DNA from: Adineta vaga
Lineage: Eukaryota > Animalia > Rotifera
Reading direction: 5' to 3'
DNA length: 64,000 nt
Assembly: GCA_021613535.1 (NCBI GenBank)
Contig: CP075492.1
Span: forward strand, 3,968,001-4,032,000
Shown here: positions 51,178-63,223 of the stretch, one piece after another
How positions within the stretch are numbered: position 1 is the stretch's first letter
Layout: every line of letters starts with the position of its first letter
Position numbers and translations under genes: made by a program
The notes under the pieces: model-generated
Database searches by the model: none
The model's input: only the letters and a program-made list of their open reading frames with translations
Told to the model about the DNA's origin: nothing

Positions 51178-51286
51178 AAGAATCTATCTTATCTGAAGAT
51201 ATTTCTGCAAATATAGCTAACAAATGAGGAAAATTACAAAATAAGTTTATGCTTGTTTTAGGTGATGACAATAATAATGCTTGCAT

Positions 51287-51427
51287 CCCAGGACGATGTT
51301 TCCTGGCAACGGATCCGCACGGAACCTGCCGGAAATCACGCCTTTCCGAAGATATTCCGGGCAGTTCCACCTGGTTCCAAAAGGTTCCAACCGGAAAACC
51401 TAGGACAATGGAAGCAGTATTCCGATG
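51287..51427. mobile_element. One-ended MITE-like remnant beginning CCCAGGACGA
   Basis: Terminus resembles the CCCAGGTCGA TIR of 2068-2341; GC-rich CCGGAA interior; no matching right end. Confidence 0.5.
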
Positions 51428-51770
51428 TGACAAATACGTATTTGAATAATCGAATTGATTTTGTGTAAAAATGGCTTTTATTTTCAATGATCGAACTACT
51501 GAATAAATATAGACATAATTGCGTAAGAGACCTATATAATCATGAACAACGCAAGTTTCTATCTCATTTCGTTCAAGAAAGTCATGAGTAAGTTAATCTA
51601 GGAATCAGACTCTGCCAATTTCAATCAGTATCGTTTCTCATATTTACTTTGTACAAAATGTTCTCAAGAATTTCTTTTGTCTCGAAAAGATTGAAAAATC
51701 TTTCGTTTAAGAATATCATGCTTAAAATATAAATGAGAAAGCAATCTTATGTCAGTTTCAGAGAAATGAT

Positions 51771-52806
51771 ATGTTTATTTATTTATAAAATATTTCTGTA
51801 AAGTGTCAATAATAAGACCAAATGATGTAAATGATGAATAACCTTCCTTATGAATAAATAATTGAGCGATTTTAAAAAGAAATTCTTCATTATTTTCTAA
51901 CTGTTCAAGAAGTTTAGCTTTTTCTTCATTCGATAAAGTTTCATTGAGATAATAATCAAATAATAAAGGGTTGATTGTTAAGATATCACCAACACGTTTT
52001 CGTTCAATGGACATTGATAGAAACTTTTTATCGATAACAACTTCAGACTAAACATCAGGAAGATATCGTTTGAAAAACAATATTGATAAAATCGACATAA
52101 TCAGTTACGGGAGATCGAAATAGTAGATCAGCAAATGATGATATTGGCTGTATCGGCCATAGCTTATATGCATAAGATGCCAAATCCATATTATCATAGA
52201 GATATTGCATCAATGAAATCGTTTCCTAAAATAAACATATATCACTGAAATTTTATTTAATCAAAACTAAGATTAAATCATACTCTTACCTTTTCATTCC
52301 ATCAATCTGTTCTTTTGACCATGTTTTATTTAGAATTTGAATGAGTACTTCAAAATGAATCAATCGTTTTGCTTTCGATAAATATTTTTAAAAAAGTTCA
52401 CAACGATTTTCATCCGTTTCAATATCTTTTTTTCTTAACTGCAAAATAAACTCTTATTTCAGAGGACAACGAACAATTCATGAGAAATTACTTCAGTAAA
52501 TGAATCAAATGATGATCATAAAATCGATAGACGATATTGTTCAAATAACAACGAATCGTCAGATTCTAGATTTTATTTGTCGAACATCTAAAAATATTTT
52601 AAGGAAAATCATTGCAATGAAGACAATACGAAGTATTACTTGATCAAGTTTTTCGATTAATTTACATCGAGCACGTCGATCAATATTTTCTGAACGACAC
52701 ATCTGTTGTAAACATGAAAATAATTCTTTTTCATCAATATCATTCAATGATATACTTTTGAATAGAGTATCTAATCTTAAAAAATTATATTCATCACCAG
52801 ATCTAC
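51771..52806 (-). pseudogene. Partial duplicate of the 3' exons of NBAS
   Basis: Colinear with 55622-56820; premature TAA (CAA in the parent) near 52390; one exon deleted; last exon almost identical to the parent. Confidence 0.9.
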
Positions 52807-53099
52807 AATGGAAATAAAAGGAAATTTTCGTTTTTTACTTCCATTCAAATTTTGAATTAGATCGTTTTTTATTGTCTTTGGTATTCTTTCCATGATGTTA
52901 ATATTGACCGAAAGAAAAACAGACAACGATAAAATAAACCTGTAGAATCACATTTGATTCTCTCGTAAGAATGTATTCAGTACAAGTTTTACATGAACGC
53001 TGTCTTCCTCAATGCTATTTGTGAAAATCTGAGATGTGTTTCATTGTTCTATTTATTAAAAAGCTTTCAATTATATATACAATCTAAACAACTAAATCT

Positions 53100-55040
53100 T
53101 TACCACCATAAATGTAAATCACGATTAATATATTTAATAGAATAATCATCAACTAAATTTTCTGTTTTAACTAAAATATTGATTTCTTTCAAACATCTTC
53201 TTGGTACCGGTGATAAACATAAGAAATTTAAACAACCTTTGTGAATATTATTATTCGTTAAGATAAATCGAGTAATTTCATTTGTTTCTTTTTTCTTTAT
53301 ACCAATTTTCATATAATCTAATTTTGAAAATAGTTTCACAATTAATTGAATTGTTTCTAATGAACAATCAGCATGAAGATCCAAATATTTAATTTTATTT
53401 ATCTTTGATACATATTGAAATATTTGACTTTGTTCAATTACCTTTGTTTTTATTTTTGCATAACCTAGTAAAGTAAATTTTAATGTATGTAGATTAGGTG
53501 TAAATTGCATCAAATTAATTACGCCTTCCAATGAACAATCAAAAGATTCGATAGCTACTTTTGTAAGATTTTTTAAAGGAATAATGCTTCTGAGACATGA
53601 TGAGAATAATTGATTAAATGTTCCTAAATGATTTATCACAGATAATTGAGTAGCATTTGGAAAATAATCGACAGGATTATTTGTTACTTGTTTACTACCA
53701 ATACGAACATGTTGAACTGAATTAAAATTGGTTTTTCGAAGGTATGAACAAAATTCTTTATTTGATTGCCAATAAAACGTAAAATCTTTACTTCTAGAAT
53801 AACAAAATATAGAAATAGTTAAAGAAAATATCAATTGAATGTATAATAACCGATATGGATTTATTGAATAGAAGATTCCATTATTTAAATCTTCATGGTC
53901 ATCATGTTGATGTGTAAAAAACCATCGTTTGTTTGTCCAAAAAGGAGAATTAAATTGATTAACTAATTCATGAAATGTTAACTGATTTGATAATCCAAAC
54001 CCATGAAAATATACATCATAAACTCGAAGATTTGGCATGAAATTTGATATCAATTGTTCCCATCTTTTAGCATTTAAACATTCGTAACAAGTTTGGATTG
54101 TTGCCAGATGTAAAACTTCAACATAACGAAAGAATCTTTTAAACATATCTTCAATATTATTAAGGTCAACAAGATCAAGTTTAAGTGAAACAAATTTTAA
54201 ATGTTCTAATGGAATTGGTTGATCTTGTTGATATATTTTCTTGGTTATATGAAAGGAGCTACGAAGAGAATCAATTGATAAATGACGAAGTTTTGGAAAA
54301 CGAAATAATAAACTATTAAAAGATTCAACATGAAAATGAGTATTTATCACAAGATATTCGATCGAACTATGACCGTAGTTAGTGAAATCAATCGGTTCTG
54401 GACTATATTCATTTGTTTCGATGTATGTAATTTTGAAATATTTTAAATTGGATAGATTAAATATATGACCAAAAGGAACATTTTCATGTTCAAGTTTTTC
54501 CGAAAAACTAAGAGTTAATGAACGTAATTTAGGTAAATGCATTAAATAAATCGAAATATTCTTGAATGATCTGTAAATAATATTATCAAGAACTAACGAT
54601 TCAATTTGCAGAAATTGTATTATCAAACGTGATGGTGAAAAAATAATATCAGTGATAAATTCATTGGATAATCGAAGGTGATTTATTCGATTTTTATTTG
54701 GTAAAATAACTTTTTTATAATAATATTGAAATTTTGTTTTTGTTATTGTTGAAGTATTGACTTGAACTGGAAAATTTGAATTAATCAGTAGGTTTTTAAA
54801 TCGTCTATTAAGATCGAAGAATCCATCATAAATATGAAAAATATCGAGATAGTCAAATATTTCGTAAATAATTTCGTTGGCTAAATTTTCCAAAATAGTT
54901 CTAAATGAAACAAAACATACAGATAATAAGATTAAAAAATAGATTTCGACTAACTTAGTTGTATTAACGTTATAATGATGCATTTTTTGTTTCTTAAGTT
55001 CATGATAGTTTTGAATGATTTCATTTCGTTCTCGTTTCAT
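53100..55040 (-). CDS. F-box/LRR-type protein; probable introns 54901-54954 and 53794-53850
   Basis: TILENLANEIIYEIFDYLD..FFDLNRRFKNLL (F-box-like), LPKLRSLTL, FPKLRHLSI, AKRWEQLISNFMPNLRVYD, FNSPFW, TPNLHTLKF; ends LHLWW*. Confidence 0.85.
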   Translation of the reverse strand: MKRERNEIIQNYHELKKQKMHHYNVNTTKLVEIYFLILLSVCFVSFRTILENLANEIIYEIFDYLDIFHIYDGFFDLNRRFKNLLINSNFPVQVNTSTITKTKFQYYYKKVILPNKNRINHLRLSNEFITDIIFSPSRLIIQFLQIESLVLDNIIYRSFKNISIYLMHLPKLRSLTLSFSEKLEHENVPFGHIFNLSNLKYFKITYIETNEYSPEPIDFTNYGHSSIEYLVINTHFHVESFNSLLFRFPKLRHLSIDSLRSSFHITKKIYQQDQPIPLEHLKFVSLKLDLVDLNNIEDMFKRFFRYVEVLHLATIQTCYECLNAKRWEQLISNFMPNLRVYDVYFHGFGLSNQLTFHELVNQFNSPFWTNKRWFFTHQHDDHEDLNNGIFYSINPYRLLYIQLIFSLTISIFCYSRSKDFTFYWQSNKEFCSYLRKTNFNSVQHVRIGSKQVTNNPVDYFPNATQLSVINHLGTFNQLFSSCLRSIIPLKNLTKVAIESFDCSLEGVINLMQFTPNLHTLKFTLLGYAKIKTKVIEQSQIFQYVSKINKIKYLDLHADCSLETIQLIVKLFSKLDYMKIGIKKKETNEITRFILTNNNIHKGCLNFLCLSPVPRRCLKEINILVKTENLVDDYSIKYINRDLHLWW

Positions 55041-55625
55041 TCGTTCTAGGATGATATTAATCGAAAGAAAATCGTTTTTTTTTGGATAACTATTCCTATT
55101 GCAAAGAAAATAAATAAGCGCGTGGATTCACGTTCTATTCTTCGTTCCTTATATATAGATAAAGTGAACGAAAGAAGAACTTATTCTTATTGCCTTTGTG
55201 AAACAAAGAAAACTAATGAAATAACCACGATAGTTTCACCAATAGCACAATGCGTGTAAATATTTCATAAAATTTTCACCGGTTATTTTCTGTTCACAGT
55301 TTGTTATGTGTATGATTTGAAGATATTCTGAATATGTTTCAATTGCATATTGACCTGTTTCTCGATTATTTGAATAAACTTGTTTGCAAATACAAAGTAT
55401 AATCGTTTCTTTTAAATAAAATGAAAAAGATTTCGAATTAGTTTTATTGATTTTTATCGATATAAATCTACTAAGACTGTTTTTGGAAATTATTCACTTG
55501 AATTGGCTTAAGAAAATCGATGACTTATCCATCTCTGGTTCTCTCTCGCCCTCTGATAATATCACATTCGTAGTATCCATAAAAAAATCAGAGATATATG
55601 CCCGCTGCAAAAAGTCAATGCATGT

Positions 55626-58600
55626 TTATTTATTTATAAAATATTTCTGTAAAGTGTCAATGATAAGACCAAATGATGTAAATGATGAATAACCTTCCTT
55701 ATGAATAAATAATTGAGCGATTTTAAAAAGAAATTCTTCATTATTTTCTAACTGTTCAAGAAGTTTAGCTTTTTCTTCATTCGATAAAGTTTCATTGAGA
55801 TAATAATCAAATAATAAAGGGTTGATTGTTAAGATGTGACCAACACGTTTTCGTTCAATGGACATTGATAGAAACTTTTTATCGATAACAACTTCAGACT
55901 AAAATGAAAGAAAAAATCTTTTCATTCAGAATTGAATTAATTGAGATAATCAATTACGGGAGATCGAAATAGTAGATCAGCAAATGATGATATTGGATGT
56001 ATCAACCATAATTTGTAGGCATAGGATGCTAAGTCTTTTGTGTCATAGAGATATTGAATCAATGAAATCATTTCCTAAAACAAGTTCAAAGAAACGATGT
56101 ATCACCGAAATTTCATTTAGTCAAAACTAAAGTTAAATCATACCTCTTCGTCAAATTGAATAATATTTTCCGATAATATTCTTTCCCATTCACTGTCTTG
56201 TTTGATCATTGTCAAAATTAATTCATTCTTCAGCGATAATCCATGTGATCTACAAATATAAAACAAAGAAGTGATTTTATTCATCATCAAAACATACTCT
56301 TACCCTTTCATTCCATCAATCTGTTCTTTTGACCATGTTTTATTTAGAATTTGAATGAGTGCTTCAAAATGAATCAATCGTTTTGCTCTCGATAAATATT
56401 TTTGAAAAAGTTCACAACGATTTTCATCTGTTTCAATATCTTCTTTTCTTAACTATATAAAAAATTAACCTTATTTTATATAAAATAATTCAGTAATAAA
56501 TTACTTCTGTAAATGAATCAAATGATGATAATAAAGTGGAAAGACGATATTGTTCAAATAGCAACAAATCATCAGATTCTAGATTCTGTTTGTCAAACAT
56601 CTAAAAATATGCGAATCATTCAAATGAAAATAGTCACGGAATTCTAAATATTACCTGATCAAGTTTTTCAATTAATTTAAATCGAACACGTCGATCAATA
56701 TTTTCTGATCGACACATTTGTTGTAAACATGAAAATAATTCTTTTTCATCAATATCATCTAGTGAGATACTTTCCAATAAAGTATTCAATGTTGCAAAGC
56801 TATTTTCATCACCCGATCTTTATTTAGAAAGAAAAATAAAATGTTTATTTTCTTATTGAAAATTGAACTTACCTTATCCTTTCGCTGAGCTTTTCGATAC
56901 TTAACTGTAATATTCGATAGATAGAAATCTCATTAAAAATACTGTGCGTTAAATAAATAATCAAATCCAATTGTTCATGTTGAATTAATAGATCAGATAA
57001 AACTTCTTCTTGTTCTGTAATATCTTCACATTGATCTAATTGATTCAATTCATCTTCAGAATAAGTTCCCGCAAGTTTCAGTAAAGTTTTCAAGCGTACT
57101 AAATATTGAGTTAGCATTTCTTCCAAACTTTTCCATTGTTCATCTTCTTTGGAAAGAATTAAATTTAGAGAAAATTCAAGTATTTTAATTCGTTTTTCAA
57201 TGGAAAGGATGTCTCTCGATGAGATCAAATGAATGAGGAGTATTTTAAAATCTTCGAAAGATGTTATTCGAGGTAATAGATCAAAAATAAATGTTGATGA
57301 AGAATTGAATCGTAAATAACAAGAATAAATCCAACTAGATGTCGCAATCAATGTTGAAGAAGCTTTAACTTGATCAAGAGCTAAACCCAAATTGATGATA
57401 TTAGAATCGTTGCCATATCTTTCAATAAATGTTTCAGGTGATGACAAAAATAATTTGTAATCGAAATCTAAACAATAAGAATAAAATATATGTTTTTAAT
57501 GTGACAAATTTACCATGATTAAGAATGCTAGTTAATTGCTGAATTGCTTGAATATGTTTTTGTGCTTGTGTTAAATCACCTAATGATTTTTTAATATCAT
57601 AAAATAATTTCAATCGTTCATAATCTTTGCCATCCATTAATGGAAATACATTGGTATGTAATCGTTTAACTAAATCTAATTTAACTTGTCGATTCTTTTT
57701 CAATCGTTCTGAACTTAAAAATGGTTTAATTTTCTTTCGTGTTTCATTTAATGATAAGTTTGAACTTGTTAATAAATGTTCAATATATGAATGATGACAT
57801 TCATCTACAGATATATCATATTTGATTGCTAATTGTTCAGCATAATCAAATGATGGATTATCACACATAAATAAACCAAGAATAGTTAAACGACGATATT
57901 CTGAATCAATTTTAAAACGATTTAAATCAATTGTTTGATCTAACTGATTTAAAATCGAATATTGTCGATCTTCAACTAGACGATTATAATTTTCATTATT
58001 TTGAATTAATGTTTTATCAATAATCGATGAAGGTATTGCATGAAAATTTCGTGGAAATGGACTTTTCATTAAAGATTGACAATAGATTGCTAATTGTAAT
58101 GCATATTCATTATCTTTTTCAATCATAAGATCATTCTAAAATTCAATTCAAAACAAGAATTTTATCAAAAGTATGAACATACCTTTGTATTTGATGCTAA
58201 ATAAACCATGATAGATAATGGTGTATCTATATTGATGTATTTGATTGCACTTTTTTCATCTAAAATCAACTATAGATTATTTCTCTTTCGCTTTTATCTT
58301 AGCACTTACCAATTGGAGGAGATTTCAATAATGGAATTTCTTTAAAATCCATCTAAATAAACTATTTGATAGCAAATAGAACAGTAGATAATGAAAGTAA
58401 AACCTGTTGAGAATAATCACGATCATAAAATGAATTCGAATAGTATGAATATGTTGATGTTAATTGATATTCTTCCTAAATAAATAGAATAGTTTTAATG
58501 GAAAGAAAATAATCATAAAATTCTCTACAAACATTTGGTATTGATTGATCTCGAATTAAAATCGATTTATTCAAAACATCACCCAAAAGAATTTCATCAC

Positions 58601-61600
58601 AATGCTGACTAATAAATGATAGTAGAGTTTCATCGATAAATGATGAATTTTTATTAATTAATGTCCAACAACATTTCCATGATGGTCCATAATTTTCTTC
58701 TACCAAATATGAACACAATTCCCAACATAGATTTAAATCATTAACCTATTCAAAAATATCAAGATTTCAGTAGAATAAATGACTAATTCGATGAATTTAC
58801 TTTTAGACAATGTTCAGCAATGTAGAGCATACATTGATATTTTCTATCTTGTTTATTTCCTGTTGAAAGATGTAATGCTAATGAGATTAACTAAAATCAA
58901 TACGATACAATTATGTGATCAAAACAAAAGAAGAAGTTTTACTTTGCTTGTATTTTTATAAGCTTGAGGATTAGAATTAAGTATTGCAGGAATAATTTGC
59001 ATTGGATTTGGATGACGACGGACTAGATAAATTAAGAAATCGATAAATTTGAAATCATGTGTTCGATTTCATACTTTCAAGAGGTGTTATTGAATAATGA
59101 AAAAAATCACAAATATTTTGTGATTCAATAAGATTACGTTCATTCATAACAACCGATGGATCATCAATTAAATCCAAACAATGTCTAAAGAAAATGAAGA
59201 TTTATCAAAAAAAGAAAAGAAAATCATGTTAAACTTTACTTTGCAAGAACAATACTTCGATCTTGACCATTCTTTGCTGAATCAATATAATCTGTTGCAG
59301 CTTGAATAATTAATGGAATATGAAAGCTGGAAAGATTCGAACGAACAATTTGAAAACACTCAATACTATCCGATTTCAATAGACTTGATACAAATAACTA
59401 AATTCAAAATTTGATTTTATCATAGAGAACAAATGACTCGTTCTTTTTACATTGGAAAGTGTTTGTGATGATAGACGATGACGAAAAATTTGTTCAATAT
59501 CACGATAAAGTTCATTACCAGTTGAAATATTCATTTTATGCATTCTATAACGATTTTATACAACTCGTTAATATCTATATTTAATTACAGCTTACTCTTT
59601 TTTGATTGCCGATTGTATTAAAAGAACAATTGCATTTGATAACGATTCTTCTGATTCCTAATGAAGAATACTCAAATTACAACATCAAATATTGCTTTTT
59701 CACGTACCATAACTCGAACCATTTCTGATGGAACCATTTTTACTGACCATTTCATAAAAATTGCACACGCTCTAAATAGAATTCAATCAATTTCGAAAAA
59801 ATTCCGATCAGAAATTCTTTACCGAATCAAATAATCTAAATCTTGTTTTTGTTGAATTAATGATAATAATTGTTGACAAACAGGAAGTTGAGTAATTGAA
59901 TTAACATTAAAAATCAAGTCTTTTACAAATTGATCAAATTGATTTGACGTAAAAACTAACTTTGATTTCAATGAACGGATGATTGGATAAATATCCACAT
60001 CGTTTTGTAACTTTTTAATACAAATATTTTTCAAATATTCATTCGAATGATGATTTAATTCCATAATTGGTAATAAAACTTGTTCAATACGTTTGTCAAT
60101 TTCATCGTCATTCGAATCATTTTTGAAAGTTAAGATTAATTCTAAAATTTCTTCTTCAGACATTGTTTCAATTTGTTGTAAAGATAAATCTTGATCACAT
60201 GATTTGTTTAATAAAAACTCAATACGAAGATTATTGTAAAGACATGAAAATTCTTGAAAATTTTCAACTTCTAATGCACGTTTACATAATTCCAGAGAAT
60301 TTTTCACAAATCCAAATAATTCAAAGGAAAGAATTCTCTCACGGTACCATTGTATAAACAAGGATGGATCAATTGAATGAACCGCTTCTTCTGATTGTGT
60401 TACGTATTTATCACTCCAATCATTTTCTTTTCGATCATCTTCATCATCAATGGAAGAACATCGTGGAATTAAATCTTCATATTCTGTCAATGAAATTGTC
60501 TCAGGAATTTCAGTTAAGATTGATAATAGGTCTGCTGATGATATTGATAGCATAGCACACTCTAAGGCAAGTTTCAATCCATTCAGACAACCTTTCTAAA
60601 GAAAAGCATAAAATGAACGTTATATCAGATCGAATAGAACTAATCTTACTCTTGCACAACGAATGGCAATTTGTTGATAATTCCATTCTCGAAATTTTTC
60701 AAAAAGACTTGGTTGATATTCTTGAAAGACTTGATATTTTTCAATTAAATCTTCATATAAATATAATTTTCGTTTTTCATCTAGAAGTTTTCTTCGATAG
60801 AGAAGAACTTGTTTTTGTGGAATTGTTAATGGTATTGATTTTGCTTGAAGATGATTTAAAGTTAAATTTTCTTCATAAATTGATCGATAAAATGGTTGAT
60901 CAGAATAATATAAACTATTAAATAATTGTTCTTTTGTTGCTTGATCAAGACCAAATCGAATTAATCGAAGTTGTTCATCCATGGTTGAATATAAGATTGT
61001 TGTACATAATTGAAGAACATGAAGACGAGATTGAATTCTTGTTAAATGTTCTCCTATCTGTGATGATGATGAACGTACTTCACGTTCATGAATTTGATCA
61101 GCTAAATCTTTTCGATCAAAAACATCACAAACACGTAATGCACCACCATAATCACCATTTGATATTAAATTTTCAATTAAACGACATGGATCACTATGTT
61201 CAAGTAAAATTAATCGTTCATTTATGGATTCAATTGAATCTTGAAATGAACGAAATAAACGAGTAATGATATTAACATGTTGTTCTTCTCCATTTTCATC
61301 ATCATTATGAATCGGATTTATGTGACAATCGATTAAAAATAATTCATTCGATAAAGATCCGTGACATAAACGTGGCCATGGATTCAATTGATTCGATTTA
61401 TAACGATATTCTTCGAGAGACTTTGTACCTTCATGAAAACTCATTGAACCATCCGAATAAAATAATATTAAAGTCTAAAACAAAAGTACTTATAATTGTT
61501 GATGGGAAATCTTCCTAGGAACAAAACATACCTTATCATCCCAATAGTCAAGATCACAAACGAATGATCGATTTTCAGATATCTTCAACTAAAATTTCAA

Positions 61601-62734
61601 AATAAAATCAAAACAAAGAAGATCCTATGAAAATCTTACATTAACTAGACGACATAGTTGTTCGTTATTCTGATAAAGAACAATTGATTGATTTGATAAT
61701 ATCGCTACAAGACATGTTTCATTCGGAGAAAGAGCTAAACCATAAATATAAACATCATTCTTTTTCTCATAATCATTATCATCTTCTTCTTCTCGAATTT
61801 CTTTGATTTTAATAACTGATGGTTTTGTATCAACAATTTTCCAAACTAAAATTGATTTGGTATTATATGGTACAATATAAAGTTGATTGAGATTTTCATC
61901 AATTATTGCACATGTTATACTAAAGTCAAATTTTTCTTCTGCACACGATGCAATATCATTACTACTCATAACATAACGAATCAATTCACCAGTACGTTTT
62001 AAACATAATAAATCAATAAATCTATTTTGCATAACAAGACGAGAAACAAATCGATTAAAGAAAGATTTGACATTACTCACTGTGATGCATCACTTCCTGA
62101 AAACCACATTTCAACAAATGAATCTTCATGACGATTTAACTAAAACATAAAGAATAGTTCATTTCTATTTCATTTAATCATTTTAAATACCGATTTTGTT
62201 GATAATTCGTGCATTATTTGTCCATCAATAGATGAATAGACACAGACCGTACCTGTCCAATGTCCATATGCCAGGAATTTTCCATTATTTGACCAAGCTA
62301 AACAATTTAAACAATTATATTCGTCAGATTGAATAACATCAAGTGAAATTTCTAATAGAACATCAGATGTATCCGATGATATTATGCATAGAGTATTATT
62401 GATGACTAAAGCCAAACGATTCGATCTATAAATAAGATCAAAATAATGTCTTATCTTGAGACAAAATTAAACATACGGAGTATGAAAAGACACAGGAGAT
62501 GATTTTCCTCCAGTTTGTTGAAGAAATCTTTGAGCATTTGAAGAAATTGTTATAGATGAACTAAACCATTTTCGAAAAGCTATAGAAAGTGAACAATAGC
62601 AAAATGAGATGATTGATTTAAACAAATTTACCATTATTCAATGTCCATGATTGATCCTTTTCTGTTCGACGAACTTTTCTTTCGAATGACCATTGAGCTT
62701 TTTCAATTAGTTCAAATAAATATTCACCAGACAT
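55626..62734 (-). CDS. NBAS: Neuroblastoma-amplified sequence (NRZ tether / NMD factor, Sec39 family), multi-exon
   Basis: MSGEYLFELIEKAQW; LAWSNNGKFLAYGHWTGTVCVY; LTEIPETISLTEYEDLIP; QWYRERI; DLNRFKIDSEYRRLTILGL; VFPLMDGKDYERLKLFY. All parallel remembered NBAS motifs, in the expected order. Confidence 0.9.
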
Positions 62735-63223
62735 ACTTTAGCACTTTATTATCAGTATCAATCTTCAATTTGACTATTTTACTTAACAGATTTTGATGAT
62801 GATGATAACTTTTTATTTAGACCAATAAACGGAACTATAACCATAAGATGCCGCTGTATTACAGATGGAAAATTTTCTTATTCTTTTTTCAAATCGAACT
62901 GTGACCTCATATCAGAAAACCGATCGGTTCTAGTTATCATCTATACTTGAGCTTTTAGCAGAAAACATGCAAAAAAGACATGATAGTTCGGTGAATACGC
63001 GACAAAACTATTTTTTAATATTAAATTCATGAAGACGTTTACATAGGAAAAAAAACAAGCCCAGTATGATTATAAGAAACACAATGATGATAAACTAATT
63101 TAAATAATCGTAAGAAAAGATAATCTATCTAAAATGTTCGTAGCACAGGGCGATAGAAATAAAAAAAATCATATCTGTATTAGAAAACAAATCCTTGGTA
63201 GAATGAAGAATAGCATTCTTCAT

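Noticed and set aside
60163-61266. Plus-strand ORFs within NBAS
   Set aside because: Antisense shadows of long NBAS exons.
33946-62734. Functional cluster of secretory-pathway genes (SUMF2, TSG101, TM2, TMEM167B, NBAS)
   Set aside because: Such genes are common, are interspersed with unrelated ones and share no visible regulatory motif.
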